A stretch of 64,000 nt of DNA from an uncultured cyanobacterium (lineage in GTDB: Bacteria; Cyanobacteriota; Cyanobacteriia; Cyanobacteriales; Cyanobacteriaceae), in contig CAVVOP010000027.1 in the NCBI GenBank assembly GCA_963749915.1, positions 1 to 64,000 of the forward strand, read 5' to 3'. Below, piece by piece: positions 1 through 11,103 of the stretch. Every line of letters begins with the position of its first letter. Position 1 is the stretch's first letter. The translations under genes and the position numbers were made by a program. The notes below the pieces were generated by a model. It searched no databases, was not told the DNA's origin, and was given only the letters and a program-made list of their open reading frames with translations.

Positions 1-1284
1 CCTGAGGGGGCGACAATGAAGCTAAACAGACGATGCTATAAGGGATTGAACATGCTAATCTGGATAAAGATAAGATATTTTCAGTTTTTATATTAATTGC
101 CATAGAAAAAAATGTTTCAACTTCCTCAATATTATCAGGATAATTTAAAAAAGCAGTTTAATTTACCTCAATATTTAACTCTTTGTCTTTTAGTTAACTT
201 ACTTCAAAATCTTAAAACTGTCAGGTTAGAAGAAATGGCAAAACTTTTTCCTTATCCGATTAAATTAAGAAGTAGAATTAAAAAGTTACAACGATTTCTA
301 AGTCTGGAAAATTGGAAAATTGAAACTATCTGGTTTCCCATTTTAAAATCAGGGATTATTAATAATTGGGAATCGAAAAAAGTCATCTATTTCGTAATTG
401 ATAGAACACAGTGGCAAAATATTAATATATTGATGGTAAGTTTAGTTTATAATCAACGAGCTATTCCCGTTTATTTTACATTACTAGATAAAAAAGGAAG
501 CAGTAATTTATTAGAACAAAAACAAGTATTAGAACCGAGTATTAATTTATTAATTGAATATAAAATAATTGTCTTAGGAGATAGGGAATTTTGCTCTGTA
601 GATTTAGCAAAGTGGTTATCAGTAGAGAAACAGGTTTATTTATCTCTACGTTTAAAAAAGAGTGAATATGTGGAGTTAGAAACTGATATATGGTTTCAAT
701 TAAGTGAATTAGGTTTATGTCCAGGATTCTCGGTATATTATCAAGGAATAAAAGTAACAAAAACCAAGGGATTTTCAGGAATTAATTTAGCCGCAAAGTG
801 GAAAAGAAATTATGGTCATAAATCTAGCAAAGAACCATGGTTTATTTTAACAAATTTAGAAAATATGTCGGAAACAATCTCCGCTTATTCCAAAAGAATG
901 GGGATTGAAGAAATGTTTAGAGATTTGAAATTAGGCGGATATAATTTAGAGAGTACAAAGATGGAAAATGAACGACTAATTTCTTTAATTATACTAATAA
1001 CATTAGCCTATAGCTATTCAACATTTATAGGGGAAGAAATTAAAAGAAAAGGAATAAGTGAATATTTGGTTCGTCCGACAGAAAAAGGAAGAAGATATAA
1101 AAGAAATAGTGATTTTTCTATTGGTTTAAATGCCATAAAATGGCTAAGTGAAATCTGCTTTTTCCAAGAACAATTGGAAGAATTAACCTCTTTATTTCCT
1201 CAGAAACACTCTTATTATCGTCAAGGTATGAGAGCTATTTCCCTTATCCAATCTGCGTTATGAATGCGTTGTCGCCCCCTCAGG
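1..1284 (+). mobile_element. IS4-family insertion sequence, apparently complete
   Basis: Perfect 16-bp terminal inverted repeats cctgagggggcgacaa (1-16) and ttgtcgccccctcagg (1269-1284) enclose a DDE transposase. The left flank is outside the window, so no target duplication can be seen. Confidence 0.92.
112..1263 (+). CDS. IS4-family transposase
   Basis: 383 aa with IDRT, GDREF and the IS4 Y-x2-R-x3-E-x6-K signature (YSKRMGIEEMFRDLK). Confidence 0.92.
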   Translation: MFQLPQYYQDNLKKQFNLPQYLTLCLLVNLLQNLKTVRLEEMAKLFPYPIKLRSRIKKLQRFLSLENWKIETIWFPILKSGIINNWESKKVIYFVIDRTQWQNINILMVSLVYNQRAIPVYFTLLDKKGSSNLLEQKQVLEPSINLLIEYKIIVLGDREFCSVDLAKWLSVEKQVYLSLRLKKSEYVELETDIWFQLSELGLCPGFSVYYQGIKVTKTKGFSGINLAAKWKRNYGHKSSKEPWFILTNLENMSETISAYSKRMGIEEMFRDLKLGGYNLESTKMENERLISLIILITLAYSYSTFIGEEIKRKGISEYLVRPTEKGRRYKRNSDFSIGLNAIKWLSEICFFQEQLEELTSLFPQKHSYYRQGMRAISLIQSAL

Positions 1285-1566
1285 ATTTTCACACAATCCA
1301 TGGCGCGCTGGATTATCATGAATATAATCACAATGTAAAGCATAATCTCGTTCATCACGGATTAAATGCTCCCAAAACCGACGTTGCCACAGATTACGTT
1401 CCCCTCGCTTTTGTCGTGATTGAGAAATCTCTCGATTAATCCCGAATGCTTGCCCATAATGTTTGGTAACATAAGTTTTAATTAATCGCAGTCTCACCGA
1501 TAAATCGGGATCATCAAAGGGTAACGTCCATAAACAATGGAAATGATCGGGTAATAAAACAAAAGT
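1285..1566 (-). pseudogene. REP-associated tyrosine (HUH/Y1) transposase (RAYT) fragment
   Basis: Minus strand reads FVLLPDHFHCLWTLP (HUH motif) ... WQRRFWEHLIRDERDYALHCDYIHDNPARHGLC. The C-terminus is cut by the IS4 and the N-terminus is lost near the HIP1 site at 1567. Confidence 0.85.
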
Positions 1567-1671
1567 GCGATCGCTGATCTTGTAGGTTGGGTTTTCTTGG
1601 TTGGTTAGATTGCGGACAGGAAAACTATACGCGCCTAATTAAAAATTAAAAATATCAAGGACAAGTTAAAG

Positions 1672-2250
1672 ATGAATACTAGAACAGTCAATTTGCCAGA
1701 AACTTTAAAAGTCACTCAAGAGCAGTTTCAGAAAATTGCCGTAGCTAACAGAGATTTGCGGCTAGAAAAAACAGCGCAAGGAGAACTTATTATTATGCCG
1801 CCAACAGGCTGTATTACAGGGAAGAGAAACTTTAATTTAGCGGGTCAAATTTTTGTCTGGAATGAACGCAGTCAATTAGGAGTCGCTTTTGATTCTTCTA
1901 CAGCTTTTCATCTTCCCAATGGGGCAGATCGCTCACCTGATGTTGCTTGGATACGTCGAGAGAGATGGGAGGCATTAACCCCAGAAGAACAGGATGATTT
2001 TTCACCTATATGCCCTGATTTTGTGATTGAATTGCGCTCGAAAACGGACTCAATGAAAACCCTAAGAGAGAAGATGCAGGAATATTTAGAGAATGGCTTA
2101 CAGTTAGGCTGGTTAATCGATCCTAAGACTAAAACGGTGGAGATTTATCGCGCTCATCGGGAGGTGGAGGTTTTGCAAAATCCAACTCATTTATTTGGCG
2201 AGAATGTTTTACCAGAATTTGTCTTAGATTTACAAAAGGTATTTGATTAA
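1672..2250 (+). CDS. Uma2 (DUF820) family putative endonuclease
   Basis: Motifs GELIIMPP, RSPDVAW, PDFVIELRS and LGWLIDP are typical of cyanobacterial Uma2 proteins. Confidence 0.93.
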   Translation: MNTRTVNLPETLKVTQEQFQKIAVANRDLRLEKTAQGELIIMPPTGCITGKRNFNLAGQIFVWNERSQLGVAFDSSTAFHLPNGADRSPDVAWIRRERWEALTPEEQDDFSPICPDFVIELRSKTDSMKTLREKMQEYLENGLQLGWLIDPKTKTVEIYRAHREVEVLQNPTHLFGENVLPEFVLDLQKVFD

Positions 2251-2252
2251 TT

Positions 2253-3152
2253 GGCGTTGCATCATTGCGAGATGATTTATAATAAAAGCGAAAATTTTAA
2301 GAAGGCGATCGCCACGAATAAAAATGAAAATAAATTGTCCCAAATGTAATGCTAATGAGATTATAAAAAATGGTCAAAGGAGAGGAAAACAAAATTATAG
2401 ATGCAAAAAGTGTGGTCGTCAATTTGTAGAATTTTATTCTGATATTGGTTATGATTTACAAACAAGAGAAGAATGCTTAAAAATGTACTTAAATGGCAGT
2501 GGGTTTAGGGCACTCTTAGCGGGTAAAAAAAGTTAATCACAATACAGTAATAAGATGGGTAAAAAAAGCAGGAAAAAAGATATTAAATAATAAATATAAA
2601 TACGAAAAACCTTTAGTTGGACAATTAGATGAACTCCAAACTTTTGTTGGAAACAAAAAGAACAAGATCTGGATATGGACTGCTGTAAATAAAGCTAAAA
2701 AAGGAATTTTAGAATGGCAAATAGGAGATAGAAGTTCTAATACATTTGAAAAATTATGGGAAAAAGTAAAAGATTGGAAATGCTTTTTTTGGATAACAGA
2801 TGGGTACAAAGTTTATCCGTCATTTATTCCCGATGGAGATCAAATTATTAGTAAAACATACATGACAAGAGTTGAAGGAGAAAATAGTAGGCTAAGACAT
2901 TATTTGGCAAGACTACATAGAAAAACATTTTGCTATTCTAAGTGTCAAGAAATGCTCTTATTGTCAATAAAACTTCTTATTTATTACTTAAATAATAATG
3001 ATATTTCGCTAATAATCTAAATTTTAAAAAACTATTTTTACTTTTTTTAGATTACTAGCGATCGCACGCAGTGCGCCACATGTGATCGCCTTTAATAAAT
3101 ATTTTTTCTTAATACTAAATAATTGCATATCATCCCGCAATGATGCAACGCC
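2253..3152 (+). mobile_element. IS1-family element
   Basis: 24-bp inverted repeats (23/24 match): ggcgttgcatcattgcgagatgat (2253-2276) and atcatcccgcaatgatgcaacgcc (3129-3152). No flanking direct repeat. Confidence 0.9.
2324..3020 (+). pseudogene. IS1 transposase, frameshifted
   Basis: Zn-ribbon CPKC...YRCKKC in 2324-2536. A different frame (2520-3020) carries VNHNTVIRWVKK...QLDELQTFVG...TDGYKVY...TRVEGENSRLRHYLARLHRKT. Confidence 0.88.
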
Positions 3153-5330
3153 GAAGTAGCTATTCAGGCTTTTTTAAATAACGATATTTATCGCGCCACC
3201 CAAATCTTTATGGATAAAGCCCAAGGTAGTTTCGGTTTGGCTGTGCTATCTACTTTAGAGTCAGATAAATTAGTTCTCTGTGCTCTAGGTCAGCCGCTTA
3301 CTCTTGGATTCAATCCTAAGGAGCATTATGCTATATACGCTTCGGAGCCGGCAGCTATCGATGAAGTTTTAGATGAGCAACTAGAAGCATATCGTTTGGA
3401 TTTAAGTCAAAATGCTGGCGAAATTGCCATTCTCAGTGCTACTAGCTTAGTTATCTATTCGATGACTGAAAAGCGGGAACTACGAGAGCCTGAAATTAGA
3501 CCGCGAAAACTTTACTACAAAAATAAGATATATTCTGCGGTTAAGCTACCTAAAGCAGAAGCTGGCGACCCCATTGAACAAGATCTGCGCGCTCTTCCTG
3601 GGGTGTTAAATAAAATTCAGAATACATGGTTAGATCCAACTTCAATTAACCGTCAAAGTGCTGAGTATTTACTGAGTTTTTTGATTATTAAGGCCAAGCA
3701 TCTGAGAAAAAAACAAGAAAAATTAGAAAGTCTGGGATTAGATCCCACCTTAGCTGAGTCCAGGCATGTAGATCTCCTCATTACTGGTGTGGAGAATAGT
3801 CTCTGGGTGGGGGAACGATTTGCCAAGGACTTGAAAGCAATTTTTCCCCTGCTGTCTATTAAGACTAGTTCATCAAACCAAGTATTACAAAAAATACAAT
3901 ATGATTTTCCCAGCCTACGCTTGGCAAGGCAGTCCATTGTCCTGGCAATTAGTCAATCTGGTCAAACATTCCCGACACGCCAGGTACTCCATGCCTGCGA
4001 TCTGATGGTTCGTCAGAACGTAATTCGGGAGTTTTTTGTTCTGACGGGAGAACCTACCAGCTTCCTCGGTTCATCCCTGACTAAACCAACCTTCTCTGGT
4101 GAACCCTTTAGTCGCCGAATTTTTGTCAATGACAGTGGACGCAGATTGGCTGAGCCAGCTACTGTATCTACAGCAGCGACCCATCAGACCTTAACGGAGT
4201 TATTATTTTACCTGATCCGCCAGATGCACCTGACCTTTCCCAAAAGTCAACCTTTGGGTCTGAAGTTATCCCCTGAAGGTTTGTTGGGATTAGAACGAAT
4301 GAATAATGAATTTCTGCTCCAAAGCGTTCCCGAGCTTATGGGTGTAAGCACCACAGGGGAAATCAAAAAAACTCGGTTACATCGGCAATTAATCCAAGGG
4401 GGGCGAAAATGGGCACTTCATATTATAGAAACGCCATTAGCTTGGGCCATCCATGCCCTATATGTACTGATTACGGTAGGATGGACTATTCCCTTGGTGC
4501 AAACTCTATTTCAAGGTATTTTCTCAGTCTGTAAATTACCGCAGAATGTTGTAGATGTATTTATACCCTGGTTGACTTTAGCCGATATCGTCCTCTACAT
4601 ATTTGGAGCCTGGTTCTGGACCTTGGGACTGCGATTGATTCAAAAACGCCAACTATTAGCCAGAACTGGCAAACGCACCTTAGTGATTGGGGAGAGTCCC
4701 TGGGTGCATCAGCTTTTAAAGACCTATGTCAGCAAACTGTTTTCCCTCAGCTATGGCATAACATCCTTGGAAATTCATGGTGCTAACCCAGAGGATCATT
4801 TGCTGCATCATTTTGGTCATCGTGTTGTGCGAGGAACCTTGCTGTTCTTAGGAATTCCCGATGGACGATGCAATCCGAAGCAACAAAACAAGACTAATTC
4901 TGTTTTAATGACAGCCAAACAAGCAAACGGAATCCAAAACATGGGTGTTGGTCCAGAGATAGTCGCTGTCGGTTCCGATCCCGCAATTAAACAGCAGGGT
5001 TTTACACAGAGCTTGATTTTACCAAGCCCAACTTATACGGCTTGCGAATACAATAGTAAGTATCCCCTCAAGGAGCATGTGATTGAAACTCTTAGAGAAA
5101 CACGCTTTGGCTCGTTTGAGCGGCTCTTAGCCAGTTACGTATTTTTCTGGGCCTTAGCTAAAAGGGTAGCCACTTTCCCGTTACTCAATTATGAATTCTG
5201 GAAATCTCAAAGTCGGACCAAAATTATGACCACCGCTGCTCCAGTCTCCGCTGCGAACCTCGATCGTCCAGAACCAGAAGAGGTCACTAATCTGGCCCTT
5301 AAATCCTTGGCTAATCGCGAACAGAGTTAA
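3153..5330 (+). pseudogene. N-terminally truncated GlmS-like (GATase remnant + SIS) membrane-associated hypothetical protein
   Basis: The reading frame is open from the IS1 boundary (3153, EVAIQAFLNND...) through the ATG at 3210. It has the SIS-like motif AISQSGQT, GATase-like GSFGLAV and YASE, and two hydrophobic segments. Confidence 0.65.
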
Positions 5331-5413
5331 TCGGCTTTTTTGGTCCAAACCCCCGAAAAGGGGGAATAAATAGCAATACTTCTAATATTCTCAATCCAGA
5401 ACCTTCTTTTAGT

Positions 5414-5635
5414 CAGGGCAAACGCACACATTTCTTTACATTTTAATTGAGGTTACAATCACGAACGAGATTTGGAGGATCTAGTAATTGGCGATCGCCT
5501 AAAAACGGACCATAATTATATTAGTTATTTAACGTAGTATTAATTGCTGTGTTCAACTTTTTTTCTGAAAACCATTATATAATAAGCTTTTTGGTTACTT
5601 AACTCAATTGTTAAGTTTTGTGTGCGTTTGCCCTG
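5414..5635. mobile_element. MITE / internally deleted IS with ISAs1-like CAGGG ends
   Basis: Perfect 17-bp inverted repeats cagggcaaacgcacaca (5414-5430) and tgtgtgcgtttgccctg (5619-5635); no ORF inside. Confidence 0.75.
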
Positions 5636-5655
5636 GTTGATCAATCTTCAAATCA

Positions 5656-6582
5656 TTATAGGTTAACAAATTGCTCAGAAATAAAAGGTATGATATGACG
5701 ATTTTTACTGTTTTCTTGACCTTCAGTAAAGACAATTAACAAATAGGGTTTATGATCGGGAATTTCGACATAAGCACAATCATGACGCACTTTCGATGTC
5801 CAACCAGCCTTTGACCACAAATTAGCATTATTTGGTAAACTTTGTCCCAAAAAGCCATTTATTTGATTTTCTTCCTCATAATCATCCAATTTTCTTTTAC
5901 CCACGTCCCTTTTTAGTAAATCCATCATTTTTTGAGAAGCGGAAGAAGATACTGCCACTCCTCCAATAATGCTATGAAATAATCTCGCCACGGCATTGGT
6001 GGTTAACATATTCCGATTATCATAAATTTCTCCCACAAACATTCTTTCTCGACCATAAGCACCATCACACCAGGTTTTTTGATTGACATTAATACTGGTT
6101 AATTCTTCCCATCCCAAAGATTGATAGTAACGATTGATGATATTTCGTTGATATTTCCATGTCTCAAAAGGTCCGATCGCCAATTCTGCACCGGAAGTTG
6201 TACCGCTTAATACATCCACAATCAAACTGGTAGCATCATTACTGGAATCAACAATCATATCTCGAATAGCTCGATTTAACTCACTGGATTCAGAAACCAT
6301 GCCACTGTGTAACCATTCTTGAATTGCCACGAGATAAAATAGTTTGACAATACTCGCTGGATAAATTTTTTCTTCCCCACGATAACTAAAACCTTGTAAG
6401 GGATATTGCCAAAATTCTTCAGGAGATAAAGCGCCCCCAGTATTGACGATGACGGGTTGATCATAAACAATCCAGGTTAAGGCTATTTGATTTTTAGCTA
6501 ATGTTGGAAATTCTTGCCATATAGTGCTAAGAATATTTTGGGCTTGGTTGGTTAAAGTTTCATTGGGGGAAAAAAAAGCCAT
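5656..6582 (-). CDS. Class A beta-lactamase-like serine hydrolase
   Basis: SxxK (PASIVK), SSNDAT and KAGW motifs. Confidence 0.88.
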   Translation of the reverse strand: MAFFSPNETLTNQAQNILSTIWQEFPTLAKNQIALTWIVYDQPVIVNTGGALSPEEFWQYPLQGFSYRGEEKIYPASIVKLFYLVAIQEWLHSGMVSESSELNRAIRDMIVDSSNDATSLIVDVLSGTTSGAELAIGPFETWKYQRNIINRYYQSLGWEELTSINVNQKTWCDGAYGRERMFVGEIYDNRNMLTTNAVARLFHSIIGGVAVSSSASQKMMDLLKRDVGKRKLDDYEEENQINGFLGQSLPNNANLWSKAGWTSKVRHDCAYVEIPDHKPYLLIVFTEGQENSKNRHIIPFISEQFVNL

Positions 6583-6623
6583 AGGGAAGATTCTTGATAT
6601 GATTAGTTAATATCTTATCTTAC

Positions 6624-6787
6624 CTAAAATGTCAGCAGAAAGACCTCACCACAAACTCACAAACCTAATGGTTAATGACCAAGTTGGGCAGTATGATTTG
6701 TCGAGACTTTGCCAAGAAGCTGATAAGTTGAGTGGTTGAAATTGGAATCCCCCACTATCATCTTTGATTTAGTGGTGAGAATGTCAA
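6624..6787 (+). mobile_element. Non-autonomous IS200/IS605-type mini-element with a right-end hairpin
   Basis: Ends gaatcccccactatcatctttgatttagtggtgagaatgtcaa (hairpin plus terminal TCAA) and is preceded by TTAC at 6620-6623. Confidence 0.6.
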
Positions 6788-6805
6788 GAGATTTTTCATT
6801 GCTAA

Positions 6806-7504
6806 TTGCTAATTATTTTTATGATCTCTGGTTTATTACCCCCATCGGATAGTCGAGAGTATTCTTGTTTAGAAAACTTAAATTTATATGCAAAATCTGA
6901 CTCTGGAGAATTAGCTACCCAAGCAAAGCAAGGCAGACAGTTAAAAATTATCTCGTCACAACCGATTAATAATGCCGTTGAAGTTTGTTTATGCGAAGAT
7001 AACTATGGCTGTTGGTTATCCTGTGAAGACTTAAAATATTTACAACCCGCGGTTAAACCTTATTCCCCCCCACTGATTTCGGCGGAAAAAATAGCTAGTT
7101 TAATCCCCCAAGTGATTGAATTTACCTACCAAGCTATGGATACCCCGAATTATTATCTCTGGGGTGGTACTGTTGCACCTAATTATGATTGTTCGGGTTT
7201 AATACAATCTGCCTTTGCTAGTGTTGGAATCTGGCTTCCGAGGGATTCTTATCAACAAGAAGCCTTTGCTAATAGAATTAACCCTGAAGAGTTATCAGAA
7301 GGAGATTTAATCTTTTTCGGCACTAATCAGGTTAGTCATGTGGCTTTATACTTAGGAGATAAACTTTATATTCACAGTTCAGGGAAAGAAATTGGTAACA
7401 ATGGTATTGCTATTAATCAACTTCGTGATGATGTAGATTCAGTTAGTCGCAATTATTATCAACAATTTTGGAGTTGTGGAAGAATAATTCAAAGTTTTGG
7501 ATAA
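6806..7504 (+). CDS. NlpC/P60 (C40) peptidase with SH3-like N-terminus
   Basis: YLWGG, YDCSGL, LPRDS, GDLIFF and HVALY motifs. Confidence 0.92.
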   Translation: MLIIFMISGLLPPSDSREYSCLENLNLYAKSDSGELATQAKQGRQLKIISSQPINNAVEVCLCEDNYGCWLSCEDLKYLQPAVKPYSPPLISAEKIASLIPQVIEFTYQAMDTPNYYLWGGTVAPNYDCSGLIQSAFASVGIWLPRDSYQQEAFANRINPEELSEGDLIFFGTNQVSHVALYLGDKLYIHSSGKEIGNNGIAINQLRDDVDSVSRNYYQQFWSCGRIIQSFG

Positions 7505-7649
7505 AAACAATAGAGACTAGGGACTAGGGATTAGAGAGTGGGGAGTGAATTTTCGGGGTTGGAAATTAATTTCCCGATCCCCGATTGCTGATCTCTGCAA
7601 GAAGTCTATTATGATTTCTCCATTACAGAAGAAAAGCCCTGTAATTGAT

Positions 7650-8552
7650 TTACCTTCCTAAAATTTGTAAACTAATAGGTGCAAGACCACTAACCCCAAT
7701 GACTTTTGCCGCCCCAGCCGATAAATCGATAATACGTCCACGAACATGAGGTCCTCGATCATTTATTTTTACAACGACAGAGCGTCCATTACGCAAATTG
7801 GTAACTTTAACTTTAGTCCCAAAGGGGAGACTACGATGGGCAGCAGTCAACGCATTCTGATTGAATCTTTCACCACTGGCTGTTTTGCGACCATGAAAAC
7901 CAGGACCATACCAAGATGCTATTCCCTTTGCGGCCTTTTGTAAATTTTTCACCCCTGCTATAGAGGCCATTTTACTGGCATCAACATTGGCGACGGGTTC
8001 ACCCTGAATCACTGTTAAAGGTGCCGCATTACCCATTAATCTACGGAGGCGATTAGTGGCTTGTAAAGAGTCATTACTTGAGTTTCCGGTACTATCGGGC
8101 AGAATAATATTATCGTTGATTCTGACTAATTCTTCCTCCTTAAATTTAAGGGAATAGTCCTTGGTGTTGGTATTCCAACTAATATTTATTTGGTTTGCAT
8201 CAATAGATTGTTGGGATAATTGATCCAAACGAAAAGCCAGTTGTGTGGCACTTTCCAAGGCACTATGTTCAGGACTGTCTAAGAATGTTAACAGAGGGAT
8301 ATTTTGAAAATGAAGGGTGACAACGTTGCGATTTTTTAGTTGATGGGGATAAAGTTTGACCGTGAGAAATTCTTGTGCTGATACAATAGGGCTTTTTGCA
8401 ATCACATTATTTACTGATAATAATGCAGTTTTACCTTGTTTTTGGTAATTGTTGGCCTTGACGGTGGGACTAACTAAAAATTCAGTGAATGTTAATCCTA
8501 AGGTAGTTATTAAAGCCGAGATTACAGCCTTTTTCCAAGTGTTGTTACGCAT
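7650..8552 (-). CDS. rlpA: Septal ring lytic transglycosylase RlpA family
   Basis: [28 protein letters not shown] and RIIDLS; signal-like N-terminus. Confidence 0.93.
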   Translation of the reverse strand: MRNNTWKKAVISALITTLGLTFTEFLVSPTVKANNYQKQGKTALLSVNNVIAKSPIVSAQEFLTVKLYPHQLKNRNVVTLHFQNIPLLTFLDSPEHSALESATQLAFRLDQLSQQSIDANQINISWNTNTKDYSLKFKEEELVRINDNIILPDSTGNSSNDSLQATNRLRRLMGNAAPLTVIQGEPVANVDASKMASIAGVKNLQKAAKGIASWYGPGFHGRKTASGERFNQNALTAAHRSLPFGTKVKVTNLRNGRSVVVKINDRGPHVRGRIIDLSAGAAKVIGVSGLAPISLQILGR

Positions 8553-9190
8553 AATTTTTCTAGTAATTGTATGACGAAAACCTTATATAATAAGTGTTTC
8601 GATGTTTTACTCCTCGTAATTTTTAAATATTTAAGTATTTTTGCTTGTGAACTTAAACTAAGTTAACATAGCGATTTTGTTTAAAGGTTCAGTATTTCTT
8701 ATTGGTACTGCATGATAATATTATTATTTATTATTACTATTGACAGAAAGATAATTTATCGCCATCATTGTAGGTTTGTTCTTTTTTCATCAAGTTATTT
8801 ATCTTTTGAAAAACTAATCATTACGGGCAAAATAAACCATTGAAAAGGTATGTAAGTATAAAGAATTTTTAAATAGACGGACACAGATATATTTTCAGCA
8901 GAAAAAAGTAAAATTTTAATGCTTGAAGAATTGTAATCAGGTTATTTTTTCCTAGATTAAGAGCTTATTTCCCTTTTAACTGGTTAAATTATAATCAAGG
9001 AAAAAGTTTCAACTATTGAAAAGATTACCTTGATTTCATGATTTTTTGCCCTATTAAATTCAATAATGGTTATAGGATTTTTGTAGCAAGAAGATCAATT
9101 ACGACTAATTAAACACTATAAGAAAATTTGATCAGTTTAAAGGATGAAATTATTTATATAATAAAAAGTTATTTACTGAGACAATAAAAT

Positions 9191-10213
9191 ATGGATTATA
9201 AAGAGGCTGGAGTTGATGTGGAAGCCGGTAGAGAATTTGTCAAAAAAATTAGTAGTGATGTGGCTAGTACCTACCGTGCCGGAGTTTTGGGTGGTTTAGG
9301 AGGATTCGGTGGTTGTTTTGAGTTACCATCAGGATATCAACAGCCCGTCTTGGTTTCTGGTACCGATGGGGTGGGCACGAAGTTAAAAATTGCCCGTGAA
9401 TTAAACCGTCATGATACTGTGGGTATTGATTTAGTGGCGATGTGTGTTAATGATATTCTAACTTCCGGGGCTGAACCTTTGTTCTTTTTAGATTATCTGG
9501 CCACGGGCAAATTAGATAGTAATCAATTAGCAGAAGTTATAAATGGTATTGTTATCGGTTGTCAAGAAAGTGGTTGTGCCTTGCTGGGAGGAGAAACTGC
9601 TGAGATGCCAGGTTTTTATCAACAAGGTGAGTATGATCTTGCCGGTTTTTGTGTGGGAGTGGTGGAAAAAAGTAAAATTTTAGACGGTAATGACGTTCAA
9701 ATAGGGGATTTAGCGATCGCATTAAGTAGCAGTGGGATTCACAGTAATGGATTTTCCTTGGTGAGAAAAATCATTGAAACTGCCCAATTAAGTTGGGATT
9801 ATCAACCCCCGGAATTAGAAGGAAGAACATTAGGGGAAAGTTGCCTAACTCCTACTCGTATTTATGTCAAACCCGTGTTAGAAGCATTAAAATTGGGGAT
9901 AAACATAAAAGCAATGGCACACATAACCGGGGGAGGCATACCGGAAAATTTACCTCGTTGTCTGCCGAAAGATAAATCCATGGAAGTAAACTTGAATGGT
10001 TGGACGATTCCGCCGATTTTTCAATGGTTGGCAAAAACAGGGAATGTCAATGAAGAAGAGATGCTCAATACCTTTAACTTAGGGGTGGGTTTTGTGGTGA
10101 TAATCGCCAAAGATAACCCTCAATCCGTGATGAAACATTTTAATAATCATGGCATGGAAACGAATCTTATCGGTAAAGTAATAAACGGAGAACAAACCAT
10201 TAAATTTTGTTGA
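9191..10213 (+). CDS. purM: Phosphoribosylformylglycinamidine cyclo-ligase
   Basis: [22 protein letters not shown] and HITGGG. Confidence 0.97.
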   Translation: MDYKEAGVDVEAGREFVKKISSDVASTYRAGVLGGLGGFGGCFELPSGYQQPVLVSGTDGVGTKLKIARELNRHDTVGIDLVAMCVNDILTSGAEPLFFLDYLATGKLDSNQLAEVINGIVIGCQESGCALLGGETAEMPGFYQQGEYDLAGFCVGVVEKSKILDGNDVQIGDLAIALSSSGIHSNGFSLVRKIIETAQLSWDYQPPELEGRTLGESCLTPTRIYVKPVLEALKLGINIKAMAHITGGGIPENLPRCLPKDKSMEVNLNGWTIPPIFQWLAKTGNVNEEEMLNTFNLGVGFVVIIAKDNPQSVMKHFNNHGMETNLIGKVINGEQTIKFC

Positions 10214-10290
10214 CAATTGTCAGGGGAACAATAATATTCTGTCCTTACGACAATTGATAGTTGATAGCTGATATTTAAGAGGAAAAAATA

Positions 10291-11103
10291 GTGATTGAGT
10301 CGGCAATTTCAGGGGACAAAAGCGAATCCTCCTCCCTTCAACCGTTGAGTAGTAAAGAACAAATTAACTTAACCGGAAAAGGGGAAATTATCATCGTCAG
10401 TTTGCCATCTGTCAACAAAACTGAACCAAATCAATGGCAGAGGATTCTTGATGATTTTAAAATTAGATTGCAAAAAATTGATAAATCTTGGCAATTGGGA
10501 ACAAAAGCTCACCTACAAAGTAATGATCGATTGTTGGATACTAGACAAATAAGTGAGTTAAAAAGTATTTTAGAGCAAATCGGTTTAATCCTTGATTTAA
10601 TTATTACTCGAAGACGACAAACCGCCGTAGCCGCCTCTAGTGCTGGATATTCTGTACAACAAGAAATTGCCACAGATACGTTGATCGCGGCGGGTGAGTC
10701 ACGGCAAATTCAAGATTTAGCGGAACCTTTGTACCTTAAAAATACCATTCGCTCAGGGGTAGAAATTTGTCATCCCAGTTCAGTAATTGTGTTAGGAGAT
10801 GTTAACCCGGGTGCAACAATTTTAGCTAGTGGGGATGTGTTTATTTGGGGTACATTAAAAGGAATTGCCCATGCTGGATATACGGGTAATCGTCGGGGGT
10901 TGATTATGGCGTTAAAATTAGAACCGACTCAGTTAAGAATTGCGGATTTAGTGGCAAGAGTACCTGATAATCCACCAAATCAAAATATGCCAGAAGTTGC
11001 GTATATTAGTAAAGACGGCATCAAAATTCATTCAGCCTTTAATTTCCAACGTCTTCATAATTTTATGATTTCAGAAAATTACTGGCAAAGAATCAAAGAA
11101 TAA
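10291..11103 (+). CDS. minC: Septum site-determining protein MinC
   Basis: TIRSG, GDVNPG, GIAHAG and QLRIAD; directly upstream of minD. Confidence 0.95.
   Translation: MIESAISGDKSESSSLQPLSSKEQINLTGKGEIIIVSLPSVNKTEPNQWQRILDDFKIRLQKIDKSWQLGTKAHLQSNDRLLDTRQISELKSILEQIGLILDLIITRRRQTAVAASSAGYSVQQEIATDTLIAAGESRQIQDLAEPLYLKNTIRSGVEICHPSSVIVLGDVNPGATILASGDVFIWGTLKGIAHAGYTGNRRGLIMALKLEPTQLRIADLVARVPDNPPNQNMPEVAYISKDGIKIHSAFNFQRLHNFMISENYWQRIKE

Noticed and set aside
2537..2809. 90-aa minus-strand ORF
   Set aside because: Antisense to the IS1 transposase catalytic half.
8553..9190. Long rlpA-purM intergenic region as a possible ncRNA
   Set aside because: AT-rich with no stable stems or repeats seen; consistent with divergent promoters.
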